A DNA stretch of 64,000 nucleotides from Laetmonice hystrix (taxonomy: Eukaryota), in NCBI GenBank assembly GCA_965235115.1, contig OZ249436.1:69192001-69256000 (forward strand), written 5' to 3'. The position numbers and the translations under genes are program-made. The notes beneath the pieces were generated by a model. It saw only the letters and a list, made by a program, of their open reading frames with translations, searched no databases and had not been told where the DNA came from. This document shows, piece by piece, positions 35,483 through 49,305 of this stretch (positions are counted from its first letter, which is position 1; each line of letters starts with the position of its first letter).

Positions 35483-36238
35483 GACCGGTGCAGGATGGTC
35501 CGGTGCATGGTGGCCTCAGACCGGTGCAGGATGGTCCGGCTGGTGAATGATGACTTCAGACCGGTGCAGGATGGTCCGGCTGGTGCATGGTGGCCTCAGA
35601 CCGGTGCAGGATGGTCCGGCCGGTGAATGATGACTTCAGACCGGTGCAGGATGGTCCGGCTGGTGCATGGTGGCCTCAGACCGGTGCAGGATGGTCCGGC
35701 TGGTGAATGATGACTTCAGACCGGTGCAGGATGGTCCGGCTGGTGCATGGTGGCCTCAGACCGGTGCAGGATGGTCCGGCCGGTGCATGGTGGCCTCAGA
35801 CCGGTGCAGGATAGTCCGGCTGGTGCGTGGTGGCCTGAGACCGGTGCAGGATGGTCCGGCTGGTGAATGATGACTTCAGACCGGTGCAGGTTGCGACTGG
35901 TGCATGGTGGCCTCAGACTGGTGCAGGATGGTCCGGCTGGTGCATGGTGGCCTCAGACCGGTGCAGGATAGTCCGGCTGGTGCATGGTGGTCTCAGACTG
36001 GTGCAGGATGGTCCGGCTGGTGCATGGTGGCCTCAGACCGGTGCAGGATGGTTCGGCTGCTGCATGGTGGCCTCAGGCCGGTGCAGGATGGTCCGGCTGG
36101 TGCATGGTGGCCTCAGGCCGGTGCAGGATGGTCCGGCTGCTGCATGGTGGCCTCAGGCCGGTGCAGGATAGTTCGGCTGCTGCATGGTGGCCTCAGACCG
36201 GTGCAGGATAGTCTGGCTGGTGCATGGTGGCCTCAGAC
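35483..36238. repeat. 40-bp minisatellite (gtgcatggtggcctcagaccggtgcaggatggtccggctg), ~19 copies
   Basis: Clear periodicity with an alternating gtgaatgatgacttc variant. Confidence 0.95.
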
Positions 36239-39200
36239 GACCCGCCCGTGGGTCACCCCATGGACAGCACGGTCAGGTTATCCGCAAAGTTACCTCCTCA
36301 CGTGGGTGTGTAACATTTCAAGAAATCTTAATACAAAAAGCAGCCGCGATGTCGTATATATATTGAAAAGACTATAAGGTCGTTTTCAGATGTATACCGA
36401 AAAATAAAAATCTCGTTATACCATACACGTATTTTATGTAGCCATTCATTACTGATTAGTATACTTATATGACATCTTATACACAACAACATGCACTTGC
36501 GGAATTTTGATATTGCGGAAAATGCTTTCATGTGTTAATATATACATTGGAAATAGTATCTTTTCGGCTGTCGTTATTCATCTTCTCCGCCGCAGTTATG
36601 GTGGCGCTGTTCGGACGAACAGAAACAAACTACGCGAGGGGAACATATAATATGTATTTAACCCGGACAGTGCCCGAGGACGGCAGATACTTTGTACCTT
36701 GCAGCGAACATTTCCTGTCTCTGTCAAACGACAGCGAAAGGAACGGGACAACATAATTATTGACGTCTTTATGCCGGCGAGACAATGGCGAGAGACCGGA
36801 GGCTAAGAGCCTTGACCCGGCGGGCCCTTGGCGCCACACGGCCGTACCACATTGACTTGACCCCCGATGACATGGTCAACTCCAGTGTCAACCCTCACGG
36901 CACCTTACCGCCAGCAGCCCACCCACCCACCGGCACGCCGCCCCGGCCGAGGGACACCGACCGCGCCGGCTGTACGAAGGGGGGAACCGGACGGGGCGAT
37001 GACCGCCAATACGGCCACCACGTGCGTGGTCACTCTACCCGCGAGTGTCCTCATACCCGCCCAGTAATGTGACCCCGCCCATGTATCTTAATGGGGCAAG
37101 CTCTCTGTGGCCTATACCTGGGTGGGGCTGCCATTGTTGATGTAGACGATAGGCGCACCATGATAAAATATTTACAGGAAACCGTTGCAAATATTTTGTA
37201 AAACACATACTTTGGGTCGTTTGTGAATCTGGCTGACCCTTCGCTCTGTCGTGTTGTTTGGGACAGTAACTGTATTTTGTAGACGGGTCGAGCTGCTATT
37301 GACCCGCAGTGGAAGACGATAAAATGTAGATTTAATCTTTAGTTTGAGTATGTTCAGGTACAGCTAGTTATAAAGTAGGTCTAATATTGTATTATGTGAC
37401 AGAATGTTTGCTATAGTTTTATGAATGGTTTTCTCTGAGAGCAACCAAACGTTAAGACCTTCAGGTAGAGTCAATGACGCTTCCTGTATACGTAGGCATG
37501 ACTCTCCCAGGAACATCACTTAATGTAGGGACATGAGTTGATAAACGCATAGCAACCTCTTCAACCTGTTGACACGCGACAGGTAATGTGACACGAAAAG
37601 AAAATTATTAATAATAAAAAAAGGTTCCTATATTTCCTTAAACTTTGATCACACCCTCAATGTGTGTCCTGTCCTGAGTTCGGATTGGATTGGTTGGACA
37701 CATTTCAATCAATATTGCTTAATTCAACCAATCTGTTTTTAGAGTGTATAGGCCCTAGATCTAATCCTGCTCAATATAAGTCACCTTTTGTCACTTAAGG
37801 ATCGGCCTATATTTTTGAGATCTTTTCTCAAATTGTCATACTCCATATGAATTATTGAGTGTAAACAGTTTTATAATGGTAGTTCTGTTTATTATATATA
37901 TATATATAGATATCAATTTAAGTTTCATTTGTGCTGAAATGGTGCTTTACGCCACATCAACAGCTAATATCACAGAAAACCAGAGTACTCGTATAGAAGA
38001 CCACTGACCTGCAGAAAGATCGTAGGCCTATAGTAATACTGGGGAGCATCTGCCGGGAAGTGGCGTACAGTACGAGGCCTGAATTACCTGTCCTAGAGAT
38101 ACTGTCGACAAGGTTGTTTGTTTCAGGCAGGCAGTATATACTCAGATATGGTCCTCCAGGTGGAGAGATCAGTCGTTATATTCTCCTGCATGAGTGGAGA
38201 CCTCGCCTCCGTTTACAGATCCCCGCCGGGGCCGGGACGGGGCACACAGGAGACCGGTATTTACACCCACCGTAAAGCCTTACAACTATTATCTCAGGAA
38301 TATCGTAAAGGATCTGTTTCTGGTTCTACTCCAGGGCAGGACTCATAGGGCTCCGGCTGGAGACCATGCAAGGAGAGTGAGGCTTCTCACCTTTAACCTC
38401 TTCAAACCTAGTAAACATATAGGGCTACATGTACATGCGAGACTGCAGGCATTATTGTACAGTTCGCAAGGCCGAGGGCAGCGCCCTCACCGGCCACGGA
38501 AGGTATCTCTTCCTGTTACAACTCCAAGCGATCTGAATCCATGTGCCTCACTTAAGGAGACAATTTGCGTAGATCAGTTTAAAACGATTCTTTGTTATAC
38601 TGCTTTTATAATAGTTCTGAGATAGATTATCTCAACAAAGGAAAGAATGATCTAAAACCCATTCAGTCCCGAAGACCAGTTGGCGTTAATTTGTCAGTCG
38701 GAGACGGTCGGTGACTTGACTATGAATGGCCATTAACGTCTTGAACTGTTCACCTCGTGGAGGATAGTTCTGTACAACATCAAAATGATTGTTACCTGTA
38801 CTTATACAGAACAAAGGATTTATCAGCGTGATAAACATGCAGACCTTATTGACCCTACAACACGCAAGGACTACAGTTCAACAATATACTCAGAGAGAGA
38901 GAGTTATGTAAGATTCGTTGTCTAGTCTTGATTAGGCTATTTGGTTCATAAAGATAGACATTAGTCTCCAGACAGTAGATTATAATGTGTTGGGCAGTTA
39001 TTATTCACCTTTTTTCGATAGAAGAGCTTCTATACAAGATGGCAATAAATTTACGACGGTTTGGATTCCGCTTGAAACAGATTATGACGAAAGCGAGAAA
39101 GATGTCAAATAAAGGAAATATCGTTCCATTTAATGTTGTCGATTGTCATTAATCGGGACCTGGTTATCGGCCTGTAATCGTGGTAACACTGAGCCTGGGC

Positions 39201-39650
39201 TTACTGAACGTCATCGAGGTAGTCGTAAACATTTGCTGAGGTGAAACGCGCAGTGATCTCTCTCATGTGTGGTCTCCATGAACAAACACTGTAATCGGTG
39301 GCAGGACATGCTAACTTTATATTTAGCTTTCGTTATCATAACCACCACCAGGTGCGTGACTGTATCGCTGACGTAGCATGGAATACTTACCTAGACCTAC
39401 GTCATTTCCTATTCTCCTATCTCCCCTTCTATCTGGCTATAGTCTGTTTGCTCATAGAAGAGCTCGACCTCTGCCTCATTAAAGCTCTGACTTGCCCCCC
39501 CCCCTCCTCCCTTCTACCCGCAGCTGGCGTATCACAAGTCATCACCGCCTGTCATTCAAGAACATGACCAAATTCCACGTGGTTCTGTATTGCCCCAAAT
39601 GAAGTAATAGCTTTAATGAGGCCGAGGTCGAGCTCTTCTTAGAGCGAACA

Positions 39651-39708
<58 letters not shown>
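39651..39708. repeat. (CT)n microsatellite
   Basis: About 28 CT units. Confidence 0.95.
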
Positions 39709-39713
<5 letters not shown>

Positions 39714-40736
39714 TCATAACGTTTAGGCGTGTTACAATGGAGAATCATGCTGTGCGCACGCGCAAAGTCTTGATCATGTACATGTAGATATTAGATCCGT
39801 CACCGCCACCAGATGGCGTATGTCAACTTGTTCACGAATCCAGAGTGCGTGGATAGAGTCCACAGTCCAGGCATAGAGAGATCGAGGATGTTACTTTTAA
39901 AAGTAAAGTTCAATAAACGTCTTCTTTGTGAACGAAACGGATGAAACATAGTCGCCGCAGGGCTGATACCCTGACCCTTGCCCCACCCTTTGCCTTGTGT
40001 CGTTGAGTGGGACGAAGGTTGGTAACATCTAAGGATTTCCTTCCGTCTGATGCTAACACAACATCTGGTACGATTCCCCGCTACAAACGCTGAAACTAGT
40101 TGAAACATGCCAGTGTCGAACAGGACCTTATGCCGTGAAGTCAGTCAGAGTGGGCAGCAGCGGCACTCAACAGCTGAGACTGATCCATGTGAAAAATCTC
40201 TTCAATGTGTGCTGCGATGTGTCAGTTTATGTAGGAAGGAAAGGGCGCGGTCTGCGACGTTTCAATCGGCGATGAGTCGGAGTCGTTGACAGCGATCGCG
40301 TCGGCGGGCAAGCAAACCGCCATGCAGGGGTCGTTGTCATAATAGCAACCCCAAACACCCCCCCCCCCCCCACAATTCCGCGCGGGGGGGGGGGGGGTCA
40401 TCGTGGTGGGCAGGTGTTTGCGGCAAGGTCGATCCGTGTCTTGTATAACATGGCGGGGAAGTGGCAACGTGAGTGCTCTATACCTGTTTGTATCGGCTGT
40501 TGACTGAATTATGAGAGTTTGTGTGGGGCACACGGCCAAATGGAAGGCATAGGTGTGGGCTGGGGTCGGGGTGTGGGTTGGGGTAGGGTGTGGGTTGGGG
40601 TAGGGTGTGGGTTGGGGTAGGGATACAAGCTGGGGTATAGGGAGGGGTGTGGGAAGGTGCAGAGGGCCCTCATCTGTTGGAATTCAATCAAGTGGTGGCC
40701 AGTATTTTCTGTTTGAATCACTGGAACTCATTCTGA

Positions 40737-40830
40737 ATGTATGCACACGGATATAAATGTATGCACACTGATATAAATGTATGCACACTGATATAAATGT
40801 ACGCACACTGATATAAATGTATGCACACTG
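40737..40830. repeat. 20-bp tandem repeat, ~5 copies
   Basis: tgtatgcacactgatataaa. Confidence 0.9.
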
Positions 40831-43800
40831 ATAATGATGGCACATAATGATGGCACAGGGTTAGTGTTATTGTGATCCAAAATGCCCTCCAGGTGAAGGG
40901 TGTGATATTCCGACTGTCTAACTTTAGCCTACTAGCACTCGTCAGTGATTATATACCAAAGGACACACACACATACACCACGGTTCTGATGCTTCAAATC
41001 GAATGTATAGATTTAGATGGAATCCTTACTGTAATTTGTATATATGAGTGAGGTGTTCATCTTTATAATTATACCACAGAATAGGTAGATTATACCTCAA
41101 GCGTCAGGTCGGCACACTGCACTTACTCATGCGATACGATTGTGACGACGATTTATCCGTCAAATCTGAGCTAATTAACTCGTATATAACTGATTTCTCA
41201 GTGTCGAATTAATCAATCAGTCATTTTACCAGGGAGAATGTAAAAAAGGACGTTTTAAAGAGTAGTGAATGATAGAGGTATACATATAGTTGTTGAAATG
41301 TATACCATAATTATATATATTCGTTCATGACGTGGGTGATCATTATACTGTGTGTGGCTGAAGTCGTATATATCCTGATGATTCCGGTCGTGAAGGGCAG
41401 TGAATGGTGTCTATAGCCGGGCTATGTCGGCGGGTGACAGTGGGCAGGACTCGCAGTAGGGGCGCGCTCAAAGGTGGGAGTATGCGTAGTCAGACCACCC
41501 ACGTATCGAGTACAGCCGTATTTAATGCCTGAGGTTGAGAAAACAATGCTGACAGGGCAAATGGCCCGTGGTCTGAGCTGGGCTTATAGGATACCTTCAG
41601 CCGGGCCGGGGGGGGGGGGGCAGGGCGGCCCCCGGTCCCTCTCCGCCCGCTATTTATCAACAGATGGAAGACCAGGATACACCCAGCTTAGGACCCTGCA
41701 TCATTCAGAATTCCTGAGGGAATTTTTCAAATCCTTTGCTCCACCCCCCGCGCCACTCCCTCATCACTTTGTTACCAAGTATATGCATGCATGATGCAGA
41801 TAATAAAGAATCTTATCGAGGTGCCACGTAATAAATGTATTGATTTTGGAGACCTTATTGCAAAAGCAGATGACTTAAAAGCGGGTTTCATTTGCCTTTG
41901 ACTCCCTACAAAAATTGGTTGGGAACAATAAAGTAAACATTTAGTGTTAATGGTCGGGTGTATCTGCCAGTATTACTGAATGGAGAAAGAGTTCACACAG
42001 CGCGATTCATACGACTTCCTGTAGTTATTTGACAATCTCACTTGTATCACATGGTTTTATAACGATTTTTACAATGATTAACTACCAGGTTAAAGGAACC
42101 GCATCAAACGGTTCATCCATTTAGCCGTTCAAATATGTGTTTAAAAAAAACAATAAAATGCGGTTTAATTATATGTTTCTTGTATCCTCCTGGCAAACCG
42201 TTTGGTAGTATACGGCACGGCTTGTTTCTGTAAGAGAGATGAGATGGAGGGTTATACCTCAGTATCTCACACTCTCTCTCTCCCTCAGCCGTTCTAACCA
42301 CGATTAGGCGTGCAGATTACGAGTACTAACTGTTTGATCCGCTGGGGATTGGATTGCGTATATTCCGGGCCGCCTCCAGGGCCGTACCTCCACGGGGGCG
42401 TGGCTGCCGGAAGGTCGGGATCCGACGATCGCAGCGCCCAAGCCTGACAAGCATATCTCGGAGAAATGATGCAGGTAATTGGCAGCGGCCGACGACCGCC
42501 AGGTGTTGTCGGCACCCCCCGCCCCCGTGTACCGCGCTGGTTACCGTACACCACAGGATACTTACCCTACCAGTCGACCCGAGACACGCCGCTAGCCTCA
42601 GCCCGGCCACCTCCGCCGAGCTGGAGGACCAACATGAAAATGTTAACATGTGTTTAAGAAATCGACGACGCGTGATGTTCTATGCTCAATGGACAACATG
42701 AAATCGAATGTCCTCGACCGAAGCAAGTATCTGTATCAGTTTCACATGGAGCATTGGTATCGCAAACTGAGACGTGGCCAAGCTGCATCGTAAATGTGTT
42801 ATTAGTAGGATAAGGATGGAAGCAATTTATAAATGTGCATGTCTTCTTTAACAATATTATGTCGCCGAAAATACGGTTAGTTAGAGAGGGAGTATTTGCT
42901 GAGCTCCAGCTCGAAAGACAAGGGTAGGGACCCGAATGGTTCTCACGGTTTCTGAACGTTTTCTATAACGTGATGCCCACATTGGCAGACGATATGTTAA
43001 TGAAGTGTATCACATTTACTACAACACATTTGACAAAGGACGATAAGTTTCTCGGCTCTAAACCATGGCTCTTTCTTCGATCGGAGATGGCCCGTTGCTG
43101 TCCTTAAAACACTCAAACGGGTCTGACGTTTACTCGAGACTAGTAAAAGACCTGTGACAACCAGTTGGAGTTGACCCAGCAGGGTTGTCCAGGGGTTCTA
43201 CCAGAAAGAGAATTTTATCTGGAGGCAATATGGATAGTTCCCACGGGAAACCCCAAAGTTGATATGCCTAGGGCCTCTATAAGCCTGACTGGACGTTTGG
43301 TCTGTAAACACACATCGTGGGTCGGGAGTGCCATCACTCGGGAAGAGTTCCATGCACCTACACACCAATACGTATTGTCTGAGCATTGCCTTTTAAAGCT
43401 ATCAACGAGTCATCTCTCGTTTCAATGATTCCAAAATTAAGACATGGGCTGTTAGGTTAGGTGAGGCCTTAGACTCAATAAATGTATTCCCACAGAAATG
43501 GCATTCCAGTTGCCTGGTGTCGCTATGAAGCGATCGTCTTATGGATGTTTGTTGACAAAATCGATGCCCTGGCATTGACTTGAACAACTAATAAAATTCA
43601 CTAGTTCACCGGCCGATGGATTTCATTGGCTGTTCAAGTCAATGCCAGGCCAACAACGGTCAGCAACCAGACATAAGCGACAACACAGGCAACTGGAATA
43701 TTAAATTTCATTAGATATCTCGATGCCTGAGGGTAAATATGTACTGATTTATGTAGTCTAAGGCCTTATTTAACATAACAGCCCATGTATATGAAGTCAC

Positions 43801-44670
43801 TGAAACGAGAGATACGGCGATTGTTTTAACATAATCACAAAGCGCTCGATGTTTATAACAGTTATAGTTGTTCTGAATTGTTTTCGCGAAAGGTATTGGT
43901 GGCAAACGTCAATACTTAATTGAGTGTGTGAATCTATCCGAACATAATATAATACATCATACATGTATCGGCGCATACATACATTCTATATTAATAAGAT
44001 ATACAGCACAAATTTCACAGCTTTCCGAATGCCCTATACTGACAGTATTGTGATAATGAGTGGGCCCCTCGGTCTGAGAATGTGTTAATGACCTTCTGGC
44101 GACTTACACCACGGAATGTGACGGATACACCAAACTGTTAATACAGTGTGAACTATGTATGATTGTCTGCGGAGAACGAGCTACCAACGTCAGAGCTAGC
44201 AGGACGTGGAGGTGAGGCGACTACCGTCCACTCTCCGTCTGTTCACGATTGTCAATCAGCAGAACTGTTGTTACATCTGTGTCTGCCCAGTGCACCTGAA
44301 TCCCTCTAGGCAGCATGCAGGCCTGTACCTACCGTTGAGTCCCACCTGGGCCCCGTGCAGGCGGTAACATCTGAGAGGCGGGCGCGGAGGGCGGAAACCC
44401 TGCACGGAGACAATTTGAGCCATTTATAAGTTTACAAGTTGCGGCCAGACGGAACTGTCACGTCGTGTTTTTTCACTGTTCACTGATTACTTGATTAGAG
44501 CGGGACAGGGGAAGTCGTACCACGCTTGGGTGAACGTATTCAAGACGACGATGCCTCAATTAAATCGATTGCCAACTACAGTACTAACTTGGGTTGCTCA
44601 CCACCCCCTGCACCCACCTTAATGTAGCTATTTCTGACTTGAAGAAACTACAACGCTGTCCTTATCAAAT

Positions 44671-44790
44671 ATAGGACCTTACACGCCTATGCACTAGGAA
44701 TATAGGACCTTACACGCCTATGCACTAGGAATATAGGGCCTTACACGCCTATGCACTAGGAATATAGGGCCTTACACGCCGATGCACGAG
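44671..44790. repeat. 31-bp tandem repeat, ~3.5 copies
   Basis: gcactaggaatatagggccttacacgcctat. Confidence 0.9.
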
Positions 44791-45149
44791 GCCGCATGTT
44801 AGCTGATTTCCACTGAAACTTTTTCCCAGTTGGTTTACCGTCGATTGAACCCTTAGTGAGTGACTATATTGTGTGCGCCCGAATCAATGTTGACACTGAA
44901 TGCCCAACAATTACCGATGAAAGAAAGAGACCAAGAGCTTTTGTATAGGAATGTATCGATACAATAGGTCTGACAAAAAACATCGTCGCACCGTAAAGGG
45001 CTTGGCATGTCTATTGTATTTACTAGAAAGGGAGCGTATTTCATCATATTCGTGTGGAAAAATATATTTATATTATGGGGTTAAATTCTAAGAAATGCCC
45101 AGGGGGTTGATACCAACAAAACAATTAGCAGACTAATATAGGAGAAAGA

Positions 45150-46258
45150 TAAGATATCCAGTATGTATGTACCGGACATAGAAAGATAAGGTACCCATAG
45201 TATGTATGTACCGGACATAGAAAGATAAGGTATCCGTATTATGTATGTATCGGACATATAGGGGAAAGATAAGGTATCCATAGTATGTATGTATGTATTT
45301 TTCTTTTGAAATGCACGGGCATCAGGGGTAACCCAATTATTTTGACAATGTCCCCAAAGAGAAAAGTTGTATAGTCCTCTACAGGAATCGAACCCAGGCC
45401 CTAAGATTACTGCACCCATTCGCATAGCATAAGGTGTCGACATCCATGCCCACTAGGCCACCGCCACTCCCCTAAAAAGGAGCTTTGGTGGTCGAGCAGG
45501 ACAATGGACCCAACCCCCTACACACATCTTTTTTAAATGAGACGGAATCCATATTTTCCTAGTTAGAGCTACACATGATTTCTACCGAACATTGACTGTT
45601 AAGGTAATCCTGGCACTGGCGTAGACTGTATTTTTCTTTTGAAATGCACGGGCATCAGGGGTAACCCAATTACTTTGACAATGTCCCCAAAGAGAAAAGT
45701 TGTATAGTCCTCTACAGGAATCGAGTATGTATGTACCGGACATAGAAAGATAAGGATCCATATTATGTATGTACCGGACATATAGGGGAAAGATAAGGTA
45801 TCTATAGTATGTATGTACCGGACATAGAAAGATAAGGTATCCATATTATGTATGTACCGGACATATAGGAGAAAGATAAGGTATCCACAGTATGTATGTA
45901 CCGGACATAGGAGCCTATGTATGTACCGGACATATAGGAGAAAGATAAGGTATAGTATGTATATACCGGACATATAGGAGAAAGATAAGGTATCCATAGT
46001 ATGTATGTACCGGACATATAGGAGAAAGATAAGGTATCCATAGTATGTATGTACCGGACATATGTATGTACCGGACATATAGGAAAAAGATAAGGTATCC
46101 ATAGTATGTATGTACCGGACATATAGGAGAAAGATAAGGTATCCATAGTATGTATGTACCGGACATATAGGAGAAAGATAAGGTATCCATAGTATGTATG
46201 TACCGGACATATAGGAGAAAGATAAGGTATCCATAGTATGTATGTACCGGACATATAG
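45150..46258. repeat. ~44-bp minisatellite (ggacatataggagaaagataaggtatccatagtatgtatgtacc) interleaved with two SINE-body copies
   Basis: Tandem units containing (TATG)n; a ~100-bp block at 45295-45392 is repeated at 45627-45724. Confidence 0.9.
45290..45470 (-). mobile_element. tRNA-derived SINE
   Basis: Minus strand shows A-box TGGCCTAGTGG (45460-45450) and B-box GGTTCGATTCC (45394-45384), a non-tRNA body and a (CATA)n tail; no acceptor stem pairing, so not a tRNA gene. Confidence 0.75.
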
Positions 46259-46944
46259 AATCCACTAACATCAGATCCTTTCAACTGAACATGTCTCTCC
46301 TTTGACAGGTAGAGATTGTGGTTATAGTTGATTGCCTCCCACGACGTTATGATTTTACCGTGTCCATATACATGTAGTGATGAGGTATACATACGGCTAT
46401 ACGGCATCATGATTCCATGAAAACTTTGCTGGATCGCCCTGCGTGCCCCAGTCCTTCGTACAAGTGACCTTCCAATCCATCTGCCCCTCCAGGACCAGTG
46501 GCACTTAATCGCCAGGATATACCCAAGGCATTTGATATCCGGGTTAATTGGTCTAAATGTACACATGGTCTAGCAGCTGGTCCTGGATGTAGAAACCTAA
46601 TATTGAATTAAACAGATGTTTCAAGATACGGTACAGAATACAAATATACCAGCACCCTGAGCTTGCTGCTGTTATAAACAAATCAAATTGACTAATCTTT
46701 GGTTTATAAATGAAGTGGCACGTTTCCATCACTAGGCTATACTTGCAATTCTCCAATACCAACCTAGTTATTTTATTAAATAAAGTAAATAAATAAAATT
46801 AAATAAATTTGGGTTGAAGTAAGAAAATTAAATAGAAATAATTAAGAACGAGGTTCCTAGAGAAATTTATATCTAATGACAATGGAGGCCGAACTAACTT
46901 GGACCACAATGTTTTATTACAGAAGATATTAGAGATAAGTCCAA

Positions 46945-47188
46945 CATTGGTGAGGCGTAATTCTGTGATTGGTAAGGCGTAATTCTGTGATTGGTAAGGC
47001 GTAAATCTGAGATTGGTAAGGTGTAAGTCCTAGGTTGGTAAGGCGTAAGACCGAGGTTGGTAAGGCGTAAGACCGAGGTTGGTAAGGCGTAAGACCGAGG
47101 TTGGTAAGGCGTAAGACCGAGGTTGGTAAGGCGTAAGACCGAGGTTGGTAAGGCGTAAGACCGAGGTTGGTAAGGCGTAAGACCGAGG
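46945..47188. repeat. 22-bp minisatellite (ggttggtaaggcgtaagaccga), ~10 copies
   Basis: Perfect copies 47035-47188, degenerate copies upstream; ends ~180 bp before the BMP3 exon 2 acceptor. Confidence 0.95.
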
Positions 47189-47366
47189 ATGGTTGTGACG
47201 AATGTTGAGGGGAAGTCCCGGAGTTCTGAAGTTGCGGAAATTAGCCGGAAGTGACGGAGAGAGGCTCGGTTCCGGTCTGACGCTGCCATTACTGCTACCA
47301 TGTACAATAAGTCAGTCATTTCAGTCTTTCAAGTAATTAATTGTCCGCATTCCTTTTACTTTTCAG

Positions 47367-48164
47367 GTTTGGTGAACGGCGAAAGGATGTTAATTTTCAA
47401 CCTAAGTTCTATCAAAGACACGGAAAAGGTCCTTAGTGGAGAGATTCATGTCTATCGAAAACAGACAAAGTCTAGACTGAACCGGTCTGAGAACTTTCTG
47501 AAACTGCACATAGTCAGTGCGTCACAAATCACTGAGGCTGGACATGTACGCATGCGTTCAAGTGGCTACGGATGGCAATCTCATGACGTCACTTCCGCTG
47601 TGGAGCAGTGCATCTCACCGCGCAAGCGCGAACCCGACACTCTTGCTGTGAATTTCGCTACCAGGTCAGGGGACCGGAAGTTGCACAGGGCGTCCCTCGT
47701 CAGTTTTCTCGATCACGTGTCAATGCCTTTCCTGATCATTTATTCCAACGACACACAAAACATAACTCTGGATCACGTCGTCCCACATGTCAAACCAGGC
47801 GACATCAATGATGACATCATCGACCCGGAGTTCGGCGTCGATTCCACCAAACGACACCGTAAGAGAAAGGGTCGAAGAAGACGATTAGGTTTAAACGGCG
47901 TTTCTTCCACTGAAAGCGTTGACGTCGTCGAGAAGCAGACGACAAGGTCCCAGAATAATACTGAAACACCCGCCAAACGTAAGTCGAATCAGGCTGAAAG
48001 CAGCGAGCGACAGCGTCGGTCAGTTTATGATAATGAGATCCCTGAGAAGGCAGTCCAACCCGTCAAACCGGACCCACCTTTCAACATGCCACACTCTCAC
48101 CCGGGTATTTTACATAGCCGTGTGACGTCACGTCAAAGGGAGGATACGACAAAGGGCCTTGACG

Positions 48165-48195
<31 letters not shown>

Positions 48196-48586
48196 AAGTA
48201 AAGACTCTGTTCTTGTCGGTGGTTGGAACAAAAACACAAACGCGGAAAAGAAACGGAAAGGGCAACAAAACAATAAATTAGACAGTTCTAATCTGATACC
48301 ATATCCGGAAGAATTCTTGAAACGAAAACGAAAGCGGAAACATCGCAATAGGAACAATAGGAGGCGGCAGAACCACCACCGACGGCGACTTCCGCTTCCG
48401 CCGGCGTGGGAGGCGGAACTGGCACGTGAGGATAACCTACCGTCAGTCAGAGACCGCGCCGAACTCTGTGGTCGGAGAAAACTTGCCGTCGACTTTGCCG
48501 ACATAGGTTGGAGCGACTGGATAATCTCCCCCACATCGTTTGAGGCGCATTACTGCTCCGGCCAGTGTCCTTTCCCACTAACAAAG
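47367..48586 (+). CDS. BMP3: BMP3/GDF10-like ligand, exon 2 (prodomain, furin site RQRR, start of cystine knot)
   Basis: ttttacttttcag| phase-1 acceptor; RQRR|SVYDNEIP (compare BMP3 NNELP); [37 protein letters not shown] closely matches BMP3 [37 protein letters not shown]; AAG|gtaggt donor. Confidence 0.95.
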
Positions 48587-49305
48587 GTAGGTAGACTTAC
48601 GAACATACATATTATAGGTCTATCTTCTCTGCGTAGATGTTGTCTCTGGGGATGCTACTTTGCACAACTGTATTAACGAAACTGACAAGAGAAAGCATAA
48701 GAATTCAGGTTACAAAGGGTATCAGAGAGCTGAGCGAACTGAACGAACTGAGATCGATTAGTTACGCCTGAGGGATTCCCGATAGGGGCTGGCTATATTG
48801 ACACCAACACGGAAACAGCCGACCTAAATTAGTTTGACTAATTCCGAACAGTGTGTTTGGGTTAGGGTAAAGGTTAGGCCTAGGGTTAGTGTGAGCATGA
48901 TTAAGACGATAATCCTGTGAGAAATATTCACATCAGTATAGGTTAGAAATGACAACTTTGGAGACGTAAATCAAACCGGTCGGCTATTAGATCCTGCACT
49001 TTCTCTCCCGAGGGTCCATGGTCACTTAAATGGATCCAAGACAGTTGTCATTTCAGCCGACTACCGACTTACGACTGCCTGACGCACACTTGCCGATTTC
49101 TTCCAACGCGTGCGCTCATATTACACGACTACCTACGACTGCGTTCCTGGTGTTTAAAGTGTGAACTACAACGCCCGCGCGCCCCCTACTGTCTACCTCG
49201 ATCTGTGAACTCGGCCTCCCTTTCCGGGCCAGAAATCATGTGACGCGAATGCCGTGCTATGATTGGTCCACTCTCTCACGACAGTTCACTCTCCGGACAG
49301 AGATC

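Noticed and set aside
35369-36377. Repetitive Cys/Trp ORFs
   Set aside because: Frame-cycling translation of the 40-bp minisatellite.
45375-45470. Possible tRNA gene
   Set aside because: A and B boxes are present but there is no acceptor stem or anticodon arm; treated as a SINE head.
45599-47319. Long minus-strand ORFs (211, 254, 141 aa)
   Set aside because: Mostly translations of the 44-bp and 22-bp repeats. The unique part KCLGYIL...W (46260-46566) may be a decayed LINE RT end but is too weak to call.
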